Shown: in pieces, positions 49,375-62,505 of the stretch
Layout of the letters: every line of letters starts with the position of its first letter
Position numbering within the stretch: position 1 is the stretch's first letter
Assembly: GCF_009834535.1 (NCBI RefSeq)
Contig: NC_045696.1
Location: 101,928,001 to 101,992,000 of the forward strand
Direction of reading: 5' to 3'
Length of the DNA stretch: 64,000 bases
DNA from: Camelus ferus
Taxonomy: Eukaryota
Notes under the pieces: generated by a model
The model's input: only the letters and a program-made list of their open reading frames with translations
The model's database searches: none
What the model was told of the DNA's origin: nothing
Made by a program: the position numbers and the translations under genes

Positions 49375-49510
49375 TTACATCTGTTATCACATCTAATCCT
49401 CAAAAGCAATTCTAGGAAGTAGGTATTTGCATGCCCATATTGCAAATGAGGAAACTAAGGCTCAGAGAGATTAAGTAAATAGACTAAGCTCATCTGATTA
49501 GTAGCTGATG
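49375..49510 (-). mobile_element. MIR fragment
   Basis: ctaatcctc...gcaaatgaggaaactaaggctcagagagattaagtaa. Confidence 0.8.
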
Positions 49511-51047
49511 TATTTTCCTCAGACATTCTGAACTTATTCTTTTTTCTCCCACTCTAGTGCTGCTCACAGCAAAGCATAACTTAGGGCAGAGGAAAGGAAA
49601 TGCACACCTTTGAGTTGTCTCTAGGTACGTTCCCACAGCTGCCTGCCCTGAGAGAGACAAGTTTTCTTTGAAGTCCCCAATTTATAATAAAAATGCATAC
49701 AAATTTTGAATTTCACTTTTAGATATGCCTGCATTTTAAAAATATTTAAAATATTTCAAATTGCTTAGTATCAAATATAACTGAAACTCCAGGAAGCTGC
49801 CAGTTTCCTCTGTGGCTTAGTGAACCCTGGCTCACTGCTCCCAGGGCAGACAAAGGAGCATGGTTCTGAATGTTGATGCCCCATGGAGAAGCTCCTACCT
49901 GTCTTTCAAAACCCAGCTTATGTGCTGCTTCAACGTGAAGCCTCCCTACAGGGTCAGCAAGCCCAGACAGGTGTCTCTGTCCTAGAGAACTCGGAATTAC
50001 AGCTTAGCCCCCTGCCTTGTACTGACACTGCACAGCACCTTTCCTATCTTTGACTATAACCTTCATGGATTCAGTCCATCTATCATATATCCTCAAGAAG
50101 TTTGCAGCTGAGAAGAAGCTTGTTAGATTTCTAATGAACAAAGCATTGAATATGAGTGAATACATTATTGTGTTAACCATTTTTACTTTTCCAAAAGAAC
50201 TGGGAATTGCCAAAACAATGAAAGTCTTCTTCTAAGTCCCAACTTCTCTTTAACACTGTTAAATCTCGCTTTAAGTAGTTGTGTTAGCCTGGCACTCCCC
50301 TGGAAAATACACGTTTAGTTTGCCCATGCATGTACACCCCATTCCCAGTGATGTCCCTGTCACATTGATTGACACTGGGCATGCCATTCATTTCTTCTTT
50401 GTCTCTGGAAAGCAGGAATAACTGCATTTACCAGCTACCACTCAGGAATGTTGTCAGAATTGATGAAACGATGTTTCTAAAAGGCCTCTTTGGAAGTAAT
50501 ATGCCCCATAAATCACAGTCCCCATTAGAGTGGTTATTTTAGTACTTGGTTATTTAGTAGTTGCATAGAACACTGGTATTTCTTCCTAGATAATTCATAT
50601 TGAGTTGCTGAGTGCCTTAATACTCAGGTCCAAACAGAGTTTTGTATCTGTAACCTTCTGATTAACTTAAGAACTAAACTTGGTACCTTTCCTTTCTACT
50701 CTTGGAAGTTTTCAAGTTGATTATCTCTATGAACATATGTCCGGCCCATTCCCAGCCAAATACTGGTGTATATATGAGACAATAGGTAATACTTGTACTA
50801 GTTGAATATATTGATATTTTTCTGTCCCTTATGTTATCTGGTATTTAAAAAAAACTGAATCCCAATATTTAAAAATCTCACTTAAAGCATCCATAATTCT
50901 TTTACCTCAGGGTTTCAGGTCTGTTTCTCCAAATTAGCCATTCTTTGTATAGGATGATAGACCATCTAAAAACTGAATGTTCTGCATTTTTAAATTCTAG
51001 TAACTGTCTATAAACGTTCTGTCCACAGTTACTAGTTCTAGATGGGA

Positions 51048-51186
51048 AAATAAAAAAGTCAGTCCCTCAGTTCCATTGGCCTACACTTAAGTTGCTCAGT
51101 ATCTCATGTGGCTTGTGGCTACTGTATTAGGCAGTACAGTAATGGCACATTTTCACCATCACAGAAAGTTCTATTGGACAGTGCTG
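51048..51186 (-). mobile_element. MER3 hAT-Charlie MITE (partial)
   Basis: catgtggcttgtggctactgtatt...ccatcacagaaagttctattggacagtgctg. Confidence 0.82.
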
Positions 51187-52034
51187 GTCTGTAATATTTG
51201 TGTCTTAAGACTAATGTCTTTAGCTGAAATATTCTTTAACTTTCTGTTCTTCCAAATCACATCTATCTTAGATTTTTCCTCCTCATGCTGTAATGAAAAT
51301 TTTTAGTTGTTTGGGTTTTAAAAACAGTCTCACCTCCAAGGCCACGATTTGAACACAAAGTCCGAGAAAAATGACGTGTGGAATCGCCATCTGGAGGTTG
51401 GTGCAGCAGCAGATCCAGACATCTCTGAGAAATTGTCTAGGATTGGAGTTACTCCCAGAACTCTGATTTAGCAGTTTCTAAGCTTATAGCAAGTCTGAAA
51501 GGAACACAAATCTGTTTTGTATATACAAATAAATCCTCGTATGCTGGATGCCATTCTCAGCCTGCCAGTTTGATCTGGTTGTTCCAGAAAATATAATTCA
51601 ATAGCACATTAGTTAACCTGCATGAAGGGAATGGGGCATTCTGATTATTGAAATGTTCTGGTTGAGTGATTAACCTGATTTTTGCAGAAAAACTGCTGAG
51701 GCAAGGAATTTTTTGTCCAAGATGTTGTGCCACTGTAATTCTCTCTCCCAGATGACCACAGCTGCATTGCTTCACTCCTCTAGAACTCAGAAATACATCT
51801 CTTTGCTAAAAACTTTCAAAGATGAAATTGATATTCTCTCAAAGAGGCCTCATAAAAATAGATCAATATGGTATTTCAGATAATTTTAGAAAAAATAGTA
51901 AACTTAAAAGGAAAAGTAATATTTTTGCCAAATATTTCACTTTTAACCTTCAAGAGTTCCTGACAACAGGGCAATTTCTTCAAATATCATAACTTGAAAA
52001 TATTTATTCAGATATTTAATTTTCTTTAGTAATA

Positions 52035-52215
52035 AATAGTTACAAATGCTTACTAGCTGTTAGGCAATGCTATGAGGGCTTTGCAAACATTAATTCAGTT
52101 AATTTTTATAACTACCATAGAATTATGTATCAAATTATTATGTTCATTTTAAAGATAGAGAAAGTAAGGCACAGAAACCTATGGATGCGCCAAGCTGATC
52201 TACTTGAATGCTCAC
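52035..52215 (-). mobile_element. MIR fragment
   Basis: cattttaaagatagagaaagtaaggcacaga. Confidence 0.6.
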
Positions 52216-52514
52216 TAGTACGAAAGGTTGTAGCATCAGTGAGGTTTATGAAGAGGGGACCCAGGCAGCTCCTACTTCACCCACTCATCCCTTCCCAAAT
52301 AGTGGCTGAGTAGAGCTGAAGGGCTGGGAGGGGGAAAGGAGCAGAAGGACTCCAGCAATGTCAGCTAGGCCCAAAGAAGAAAATACAGTTAAGAAAATCT
52401 TTTAATCTTACTTAAATAATTCCTGTGTGTGATGTGTAAGGTTGTTAGGGCCATATATAATTCATTCTATTTTAATAGATTTGATTCTCAAAGGTATTTT
52501 TTTTCCAATTTAGA

Positions 52515-52810
52515 AAATGTATATCGAGCAATGGGCTAGCACTGGGAGGGATGAAAGTAACACAGAACTGATGAAGGAAGGCATCATTGTGATCCTTGAT
52601 AGGTTCCCAATTTAATGGGGAAAACTGTCAAGCTGAAACCAACAATCATATAAAAACACATGCTATAAGGGAAGGTACAAAGTGCCGAAAGAGCATAGAA
52701 GAAACATTGGTCAGTTTTGACTGGGGAAATGAAAGCATGTTTCAGAAAGGAGTAGCTTTTGAGATCCAGCTTCAGAGAGGAGTAAGAATTCAGGCATAAA
52801 AGGGGGAGGA
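52515..52810 (-). mobile_element. L2 3' fragment
   Basis: acacatgctataagggaaggtacaaagtg...ttcagaaaggagtagcttttgagatc. Confidence 0.55.
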
Positions 52811-52907
52811 AATTAGAAATTATAGTTGTGAAACTCATACATCTGAAAGATTTTGATGAGCACTGTAATGATAAGGAGGCCTTAGTGGTGAAATAATGAA
52901 GGGCAGC

Positions 52908-53010
52908 GTGTGTGTGGGTGTGGGTGTGGGTGTGGGTGTGGGTGTGGGTGTGGGTGTGTGTGGGTGTGTGGTGGCGGGGAGAGAGAGAGAGAAAGGCACA
53001 GAGAGAGAGA
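52908..53010. repeat. Compound repeat: (TGTGGG)7 with flanking (TG)n, then (GA)n
   Basis: Seven perfect TGTGGG units at 52913-52954, a further GGG at 52962-52964, and AG repeats from 52979. Confidence 0.95.
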
Positions 53011-53758
53011 AAATAAGGAAGAAGAGACTGAGTCTAAGGAAGGTTTTAAAGATTAAATGAGTTTTCATTTTCAGACTGCCCAGTAAATAGCAGATATTGG
53101 ATTCAAGAATTTCTACATCTCATTTCATCCTACTTCATACCAAGAAATATTTATTTTTTGGGCTAAGTTTATTTTAACATTTAAGTAAAAGCCAATAAAC
53201 AAATACTAGAAAAATCTATTTTCACTTTTAAATGTGTTTTTTTCTAGAATCTGGAAAATATTTTGAACATTGGAAGGGATAAAATAGGGAAAACTAAGAC
53301 TAAATTTCTAAAACTGTTTTATTGGGGAAAACTTTAAATAAATCCTTGTCAAAAGCTAAAATGTTTGAACGCTACCAGACCCTTCAACCAGGAAAAAAAA
53401 AAACCAAAATAGAATAAAAGCATTTAACGTATGAGGAATGAATAATTAATCAAAGTAAAAGGAAAAAGTTTTCTTTGCCTAGAGAGGTTTCATTGAAGTT
53501 TTTTGTTGTTATTATTCTTATTAGCTACAGAATTGAGTATAAGTTTTACATTTAAAATATTACTTTACAGTTGTATTCAATTATGAATTTCTAAGTTTGC
53601 ATTTTCTCTTATTTTCATCTCTGCTGATTTAATAGCATTTTAATATGTCTCATACAACCTTAGCAAAGGTGACCAAAACTGTTTTGTTTTATTTTTAAAC
53701 CTATTTTTAGTAGCACCAAGAAGCATCTTCCTAACTCCACTTTTGTCTTTTCTGGCAG

Positions 53759-53836
53759 ATGACATTTGACCCAGAAATCTTCTTCAATGTTTTACTGCCA
53801 CCAATTATATTTCATGCAGGATATAGCCTAAAGAAG
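53759..53836 (+). CDS. SLC9A9: SLC9A9 coding exon 3 (codons 127-152): [26 protein letters not shown]
   Basis: Branch-point-like cctaact at 53730-53736, acceptor ttttgtcttttctggcag|ATG, donor AAG|gtaaat. Length 78 nt, phase 0/0. Carries the NHE-family signature [14 protein letters not shown]. Not in the ORF track. Confidence 0.97.
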
Positions 53837-54006
53837 GTAAATATACAGTGATTATTTTCTTCTTTTATCATTAAGTAGAGAATTTTGCCAGCACTAATGA
53901 AAAAACAATTATTTTATTTTATTGGTTTACCTATTTGGTAAGAATATCATTATCTTAGATCATGTAATATAGATTCAAATCTGACATTCTTAGACTTCTT
54001 CTAAAC

Positions 54007-54322
54007 CTGTTCTGTCCAATACACTGGCCATTAGCCATGTGTAGCTATTAAGCCCTTGAAATGTGGCTAGTCTGAATGAAGATGTGCTTTAAGCGTAAAA
54101 TATGCGCTGAATTTTACTCAGTGTTAGAAAAAGAAGGTAAAATATGTCAGTAATGCTTTATAGTAATTTCATGTAGAAATGATATTATTTTGCATATATT
54201 GGGTTAAATGAAACATATTATCAAAAATTCATTTTGCTTTTTTTAAACTTATTTTATTGCAGCTACTAGAAAAAGTTTAATGACATATGTGGTTTGCATT
54301 GTATTTCTATTGGGCAATATTA
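54007..54322 (+). mobile_element. MER33 hAT-Charlie MITE
   Basis: ctgttctgtccaatac...ttgaaatgtggctagtctgaatgaagatgtgc...gctactagaaaa...atatgtggtttgcattgtatttctattgg. Confidence 0.88.
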
Positions 54323-55390
54323 TTCTAGATGATTGTAACCAAAGAGTTTGCTATTAATTAACATCAGGTTTAACCATCAAGGTGACAACTTAAGATTGCT
54401 TTGCTAATACTCAACTGTTGATGCTCACAGAGAGAAAGTCCAGTTTTGCAGTTCCTATGCACTTTCATGACATTGCTTAGGTGCAGCCTGAATGTGCACA
54501 TTTCCCAGATTAGGAATTCACATCATAGTTTAAATGCTAGCACCCCCTGTGCCACAAAGTGAGGCTCTGACCTGAATGAGTTTTGGGAAGCAGAGGTAGT
54601 GAGCTGCTTTTCTACTGCCCACTCCCCGCTCCGGAGACTCCTGCGGCTCTCCTCCCTTTGGCCTCTGGGCTCCAGCAGCCAGGGTGGCTTGTTCAGTACA
54701 GACCTGATTTTCTGGTGTTCTCCAGGCTCCCTCTTGCTGTCAATTCTGGCTACTCAGACACCACTTGCAGAACCGGAAGGGAGTTTTCCCAAGCAAGCAC
54801 TGGAAAATATTTAGAAGGCTGGATTCATTCCCATAGTGCTTTCTCCTCCACAGCCCCGAGACTAAGCAGCATTTTTGTGTGATTCATTAAAATAAACTGT
54901 TGTAGGTGATTAAGTTTTTGTTTCATCACATTCAGAAGAAATATAAATCAGAGATCCAATAAAAGCCAAAAGGCAACTTAAATCTTTTAGAATGGTATTT
55001 TTTAAGTGCTAAAGGGGTCCCAGTGACAACAGAACTTCTTAAAAACTCTGTCTTCCTTTAATCATTCCAGAGTCCTGCGTGGCCATTGCCCCAGTCCTGT
55101 CCCTCCCTCCCGGGTCCAGCCAGGTCTGGCAGTCGTTTCTCTCTTCTCTACCCTGTCACCTACCAGAAGTATTTTTTCCCTTTTCTTTGGAACCCTCCAT
55201 CTTTTGCAGTGTAAATCTTAAGTCTTGTTTATACAGTAAGGCCAGGAACTGAGGCTCCAAAAACAAAACTTGCCGAAATAGTGAAGGAAGGGAGAGACTG
55301 TGAAAACTCATATATTTATTTTTACTTCCTGTTACACTAAGAAAAAAACCCTGATGTGCTATATGAAATATATATATTTTTTATCCCCAG

Positions 55391-55467
55391 AGACACTTTT
55401 TTCAAAACCTTGGATCTATTTTAACATATGCCTTCTTGGGAACTGCCATCTCCTGTATCGTCATAGG
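55391..55467 (+). CDS. SLC9A9: SLC9A9 coding exon 4 (codons 153-178, phase 2): [26 protein letters not shown]
   Basis: Acceptor tttttatccccag|AGA and donor GG|gtaagt. Length 77 nt. Continues the NHE motif [13 protein letters not shown]. The ORF track reports only other frames here. Confidence 0.96.
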
Positions 55468-57439
55468 GTAAGTGACATTCAGAACTCAAGTTCCAGAAGG
55501 CTGTGGGGCCAGTCGTCTGTGGGAGGGATCTCACATTTCCTGGACCCTTACTGACTGTATGAATTATCTAGTTTTTTCAGTGTATCACGTCTTTACACAT
55601 TTTTCTGACTCAGTTCCAAGGCTTGCGTGTCTTCATGCCTTTCGTTGCAAATCAAAGCAAACTAGAATTAGATTGTTGGATTTTCTCTGTGAGTTTTGGA
55701 CTTCTGACTTAGGAAATGTGGATAATTTGGCTTAAGGTATGAGAAGCAAAATGCCTTTTTTCCCTTTTTGGCTTAAATAACGCAGATAAGCATATTGTAT
55801 TCTTTTTCCATCTCTTTGCGGAACCTTACCTCTATTTGACAGGAATACATTAGTAACTATATGTCAAGGGTTTTACTTCTAAGGGAAAGTTGGCAAGAGA
55901 GCAGTCTGAGACAGGCATCTCCAAAGATCAGCAGAGGTGTTTAGTGCTGGGATGGCTTTTCGGTTGATACACTGTAGAATGCAGACTTGTTTTTTCTCAT
56001 TACATTTTATTGGCTATACTGCTAAGCCCCAAGTCTAACTATACAGACTCTAGCTTGCAGCTCATCATAAAGTAAAATGTGGTACAAAATGGTGAAGCCA
56101 ATCCAATTCACTTATAATCCTATCCAATACATTAAATCTCCACTGCAAAAAACATGGCCAGCTTCTATGTCTGTGGTGGTGTGGATGTCTTAAATTGTCT
56201 GACACAGCCAGTTCTACCCTGGAATTTTATTGCATAAGTTGTTACATCCCTAACACAAGAAACTGAGGCTAAAAATACACATTAGTCACTCATCCAGTCC
56301 TTTCCTTATGAAGTGTTTAGTGCGTGTCACTGGAAGGCTAAGAAGTTATCATTACTTGGACCTGAAAGCCGGACAGGGTTATATTGAATTCTCTTGTAAA
56401 TTTTTTATTGATTCAAGCCTAGAACAACTCGGGCTACGTTATATGGAAATGTCCGGTATGATGAAGACAGTGAGGAAGCTGAAAATTTCAGCACCTGTAA
56501 GTGGAGGCTTGCCGAGACACAGACTGGGGAGCCCCATCAAGTCTGGACAGCTAAGGTCTGCCAACTGTTTGTGGTTGAGAGACACAGTGGATTTGATCCT
56601 TCTCAAAGCACATTCAGGGAAGGTTTTTCTGTTCTGTGGGTATGCCATAGCTCAGTATCCAAATTTCAAAGCTGGCAAGGGCCTCAGAGATTTGTGTAAT
56701 TAAAACTCCTACTTATGAAGATGAGGAATGTAACATCTTAAAAGGTAAATTAATTCTTTCAGTCTCACCATCTATGAGAAGTAGGGCATCGGTCAGGAAA
56801 AAATTCAGAACTTCTGCTCTTGACCCAGCAGGGCTTATCAACCCCCCTCTTCACTTAGCAATTTCTCTTGAATTCTTATATTCCCTAATCATTGTTCCTA
56901 TACATTGACAAAAGACTCTGAGATATGTGGACTCTCAACAAATATTTATCAGTTTGTAGCAAAGATTGATCTTTAGCAGTTCTACAATATGGAAATCTGA
57001 AATTTATAATGGATCCAAATTCTAAACTTGTGGACAATGTTGTCAAATTATAGAATAATCAGTTTCATTATTACCCTGTTTCCTTTGCATAGCTGATTTT
57101 AAGTATACTTAAGTGTATGCATTTATATAATATGCTTTTACTATCATAAAAATCTATACAACTATTTTTTAAAGCACAACATTGTGTGGTGTGAGTGTAT
57201 GTGTTCACACATGTGCATCATATATAATTGACTTGTTCTTAAAAATTTCAGTTCAGGAGATCCAGTGATATGTATTTACTGGAGTTGAGAAACTCTTCTA
57301 ATTGAGTTTTAAGCTACAATCAATAATTTGTAATGGAGAGTGATTTGAATAAAATCTTTTAGAACCATGTTCTTTGTTTGAAGAACAAAAACTTGTAGGA
57401 TGTCTTCTTAATGTGGGTCATTAGGGTCATTAGATTAAA

Positions 57440-58030
57440 GTGCAGAAGGGATAGATAGTTAAGATTTTAGGATCTTATCCAGCAAGGTAAGGGAAACCAC
57501 TGAAGAGCTTTAGCTTGAGGGTAACAAGGTCAGATTTACACTTTAGGAAGGTCATTCTGGTGGCCATGTAAACGAGAAATTTTGAATTGGGAAAAAGACA
57601 GCAAGGGGACTGTGTATGAGACAATTTCCCGGCTGTGTTGGAAGAGAGGAGGGCCTAGTCTCAGGCAGTGGCAGTAAAAGTGGATGTGGAATCATTAACT
57701 TGTTAAAATCCTGAGAGAATGGGGTCATCCAGGGCAAGTGTGTGGAGTGAGAAAAGCAAGGTACCTGGGCAGTAGCACTGTTTGAAGAAAGGGAAGAGGT
57801 ACCCACCAAGCACTATCCAGTACTGGGCCAAAGAAACAGGAAGCAAACCAGCAGGGTGTGTGTCTGAAAGTCAAAGGAAGACGTGGATGGAGGATGGACA
57901 GTGTCTAACACACGGGGGGGTCAAGGGGGATAGGAGTAGGTATCCACTGGATTCAACCTCTAGGGAATGATGGGTGACTTGACACATCCATCCTGTGGGC
58001 AGAAATAAAGGAAGAGTATTGGTAGGGTCA
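57440..58030 (-). mobile_element. L2 fragment
   Basis: gggaaaccactgaagagcttta...ggtcagatttacactttaggaaggtcattctgg. Confidence 0.65.
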
Positions 58031-58254
58031 GTTGTTTTTGATACTGTACGATGAGAAACAACACTTTATTTTTATGCTGATCTCCAGACACAATTTCAGA
58101 AATTCTGAAGGAAAGGCACAAACTTCAATTCAGACCAAACTGACACTTTCATATTTTGGTGACTTCCATTGTGTGTCACTCAAACGTACCCTTAAACCTT
58201 AGAAAATGACCAGTTATGTATTTCTGGTAAGTTAATGCTGATAAAAACAACACA

Positions 58255-58455
58255 ACAAACATTTATGGAGTGCTTGATATGTACCATACCCTTTTAAAAG
58301 TACTTTACATGGATTATTTCATTCATTCCAAATAATCCTGTTAAGCACATATTGCTATTACCCTCATTTAACAGTTGAGACAACTGAGGTTGAGAGAGAA
58401 TGAGTGTAAGTAATATGGCTGGTATTAGTAACTAAATAGTTTGGCTCCAGAGTCA
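58255..58455 (-). mobile_element. MIR SINE
   Basis: aacatttatggagtgct...ctttacatggattatttcatt...ttaacagttgagacaactgagg. Confidence 0.75.
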
Positions 58456-59709
58456 AATTCCAAAAATGCGCTTTACTTCTATTTATTTTTGGCACTAAAA
58501 ATAACATTTAAAATATTAAACTAGAAAATAAAATGGTGTAAACCAGTCAATAGTTACTAACATGCGACATGTTTCTTCATTTATCCCTTTAGAAGTTCTC
58601 ACAAACATAAGATATTTTTATTAGGGGATCCCATCTGAAAGGAATCCAGATTTTTAAGGGGAATTAAGGATGTCCAAGTTTATGCAGAAATACTCATACT
58701 TGCATGAAATGGGCAGGAGGAGGGATTCAGGGCAGTCAGTTAGATTGGACTCTGAGAATAAAATTATAAAGCAGGTAGTCATCTAATGAAGAGGGGTGAG
58801 TAGTTGGATTTTCCATCATCAGGTGCATTAGTCCTGTTGCATATGGGGAATACTGTGCAAGTTTCCAAGCTGGAGAGTAAGTTTCACAGGGCAGTGTAAG
58901 AGAATGTGGAAACTGATGCCAGAGAGTCAGCTGAGAGATGGCCATAAAGCCCAGGATCAGAAATGTATAAGGATGTGAAGATCATGAAGAGGGAGTGTGG
59001 AACGTGAATGAAAACTTGGCTAGTGGGCCATAGTGTTCTGTAGGTAAAGACTGTGTCTAATCAAAATACAGGTTGGTTTTAGAGCTGGATTCAGATGCTT
59101 TATAGGAATTGGGATCATTGGGTCCATTTAAATGAAAGAGTTCTTAAGTTTTATTAAATTCATTTCATTTCAAAAATTGGATGTAAAGCATCTTTCATAT
59201 TACAAGGGAAAGTTTTACAATATCTCTCTGCCAATAAAATCAAGAAATCTTAAAAAAAAATTTTTTTTTAAGCTTGGATTATTCTTAAAGAATTCAACTG
59301 CCTTTCTTGGCCTCTCACCCATTCTATCACTTAGGAAATGTTTTAAATACATCTCTGTTTTAAAATAAAACCCATGTATTTGAATTATTTCTCAATTCAC
59401 CTGCTCCATCTTTGGGGGCTTTTCCTTTATCTTTGATTTCATGTCTCCACCCTTATGGTGACACAGATATATCATCGCAATGACAACCTACCTAATGCTT
59501 ATGTCAGCACATACATGTCTGTCCTAAGAATTTATTAGTAACCATGAAATGCTTCTTCTTTAAGAGCAATGAAAACGATATCCTTTTGACTTCTCTGTTA
59601 ATGAGGAATTAAAACGAATGCCACAGTTCTAAAAATATTTGGAGAAAAAGACATGGATCTAAATGATGAAGAATGGGATTTTGGTTTTTAAAATAGCTCA
59701 TTTTTAAAT

Positions 59710-59910
59710 CGCATCCCATGTGCCAGAAACTGACCTATGCTTTTTACACACATTATCTCATTTTATTCCTGTAATGCCCCTATGAGATAGATACTATTAT
59801 TATCCTTATTTTATATCCATGGACGCTGACGTTGAGACTTGCTCAAGGTTACACAGTAAGTAAATGGTAATAAATGGCAAAGCCAGTCTGACTTCAGAAC
59901 AGACACTCTT
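59710..59910 (-). mobile_element. MIR SINE
   Basis: atgtgccagaaac...cacattatctcatttt...cctatgagatagatactattattatcc...acttgctcaaggttacacag. Confidence 0.8.
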
Positions 59911-60585
59911 AAAATCTCCTTGTCTTCCTCCCCCTCCTGAGTTAGGCCCTTACATTTCCTGTAGTGTTTCCTGTAGTTTGATGAATAGCTATATCTGCCA
60001 GACAAACCAAGCCCTAAATAATTTCAGATTCATACATTTATCATTATGGCTAGCAATTATGAAAAAAATCTGCACATTAAGAATGAGCTGTGAATACGAT
60101 TGCAAAGTAGAAATGGAACCTGTCTTTTCTTATTGGAGGTATTTGGAGGGATAGTCTAAGTCCATTTTACTTGCTTAGAATTGCTAGACTCTGGGTAATA
60201 CACTCTGGAAAACCTGGCTTCAGAAATGTGAGGTTGTTTATATTATTCAAATCAACATTCCTCTGAAATGTTGGTTTTCCTGTTGGGTTCCTTAATAAAC
60301 CACCAAGCACACCTGACACTTTGCCCTCTTGTGTCATTGTGCCTGCTGACCTGGGGACCTCAGGCCTAAGTGCCAGTGGCGCTGGTTCTGGAATTGCTGT
60401 TGCTCTGTCCTTAACTAGGATAAGGTATGGCGAGGTTCAGTAGTCTTAAAATGCTGACTCCTAAACCTGAAAGAAGGGACAAGGAACTAAAACCAAATCC
60501 TGAAGAGGTATAGTTCATAGATGGAGTCCAAGTGATAGATACATCAATGTCTTAAGCTCTAACACTGGAAAGAGAATGACTTAGA

Positions 60586-60730
60586 GCAGAATTCTTAACC
60601 AGGAAACACAGACCCTTAGATGGTGCATAGAAGGACTTCAGGAAGGCAGTCAACCCCCTTAAATTATCCATGAATTTTTCATGGGAGAGAGTCTGCATAG
60701 ATTTCACTGTTTCATCAGCTTTGCTAGGGA
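60586..60730. mobile_element. hAT-Charlie MITE fragment (MER103C-like)
   Basis: gcagaattcttaacc...acagacccttag...ggacttcagg...aacccccttaaatt...gggagagagtctgcatag. Confidence 0.4.
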
Positions 60731-61024
60731 ATTACAAAGGACAAGTGTGTTTTTCAAGAGCCTAAGCAAAGAGAGAGTTGGGAAAGGAAGGATTTTATAT
60801 CTCCATAGTTAATTAGGACTGAAGAATTATCTCGACTGCATTCAGGGTAGCTATAAGGTATTGAAATATGCATGCTATTATTTTATCATGTATCATAATG
60901 CAATAACAATAAACCAGCTATTACATAATTGTCTGTGTTCCCAGACTTGGTGGCCCTTCTATATTCATATCTAAGTGTGGAAGTGCCAGGATGGAGAGTC
61001 TACAAATGAATTGGTTTTTATAAA

Positions 61025-61830
61025 ATAATGCAAAATTATTTCCAAACCAGTTGTGCCAATTTTTCTTCTTAATTTTTGGCTATCTAATATGTGTGAAATG
61101 AAATTATTCTGTGGACTTTATTTATATTTCCCTGATTGTTAATGAAATTAATTATATTTTCATATGATACCAGACCAAATTTTTTGTCCATTTTTCTAAT
61201 GAGTTGTTTTATCATATTTTCATTAGTTTGCCTGATTTCTTTATATGTTCTACATGGTAATCCATATTCAGTTACATATGCCGCAAGTATTTCCTCCCAG
61301 TTTAGTCTTGTGCTTTTATTTTTTCATGATGTCTCTTAATGAACAGAATTTCTTAAATTTAGTGTAGTCAGGTTTATAACTTTTTTTTTTCCTTTTATGG
61401 TCAGCACTTTTGTATTTTATTTAATAAATCCTTTCCTACCCCAGAGTCAGGAAGATATTGTCTTCTAAAATGTTTTAAAGTTTTGCCTTTTGCAGTAAGT
61501 CCATTTTCTGGAATTGATTTTTGTATACAATATAAAGTAGATATCCAATTAAATTTTTCTTTCTCAAAGGGACAGCCTGTTATTATAACATCATTTATTG
61601 TCTAGTCCCACTTTTCCCCAGGGTCTATCTACAGTGCCTCCTGTGCCATTTGTTGTGGTTTCTGTTTCTAAACACTTAATTCTATCTGGCTGGCCAATAT
61701 CTATCCCTGCACCAATACCACACTGCCCTAATTATGATGGCTTCATAATAAGTCTTTATATCTTAAAAGGATACTCTTCTTCATGAGTACCTTATCTGTT
61801 ATTAGTTCTTTACTCTTGAACATAAATTTA
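61025..61830 (-). mobile_element. L1ME-type LINE-1 ORF2 3' segment (inverted)
   Basis: Reverse-strand L1: ttccaaaccagttgtgccaattt...tttccctgattgttaatga...ccctgcaccaataccacactg. Confidence 0.8.
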
Positions 61831-61934
61831 TTTCAATGTGTATATTTATGAGTATATAATTTGAAAATTTATAAATATATTCTTATATTCTTTGTACATA
61901 TTTGTATACTTTATAACTATATTTCTGAGTATTT

Positions 61935-62505
61935 TCCAAGGGACCCACTTGCACACATGTACCATGTATAAAACTATTTTGTAGCAACATTATTCATGGT
62001 AGCAAAAACTTGTAAACAACTTGTATCATTAAAAGGAGAAAAGAAAAATGAATTTATATAACATAACATTACACAGTGGGGAAAAACAATGAAATAAAAT
62101 TGCTTATGACAATGTAGGTGAATCTTGGAAATATATTGTAGGATCGATAAATCAAGCCCCATAAGATTACATGCAGTATGACATCATTTTTATAATGTTC
62201 ATAAATGAGCAAGGTTAAACAATATTGTTTAAGCATGCATGCATGTAGGTGAGAATGCATATATGCATATGTGTAATAAAGAAGGGAATTAAAAACAGAA
62301 AATTCAGCGAAGTGGTAATTTCTGGGAAAGAGGGAAAAGAATGGAATAGAAAGAAACACATGGAAGAGATAAATTATTGGTAGCATTCTGGCTCATAGGT
62401 TGGAGTGGGTTTCCAGGTATTCAGTATTTTTTTAATAATTTATAACTTGTATAATCCTTCTATATATTCTCTTGCATGTATCAGTTATATTAAAGTAAAA
62501 ATAAA
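61935..62505 (+). mobile_element. L1ME-type LINE-1 3' UTR (direct)
   Basis: gcaacattattcatggtagcaaaaact...gtaggtgaatctt...attacatgcagtatgacatcatttttata. Confidence 0.75.

Noticed and set aside
50997-51035. 11-bp perfect inverted repeat (ctagtaactgt / acagttactag, 17-nt loop)
   Set aside because: The chance expectation is roughly 0.3 or more per window for AT-rich DNA, and there is no other supporting feature.
56308-56703. 131-aa ORF and other 60-130 aa ORFs across the introns
   Set aside because: No homology recognised, many overlap repeats or low-complexity DNA, and the number and length fit random expectation.
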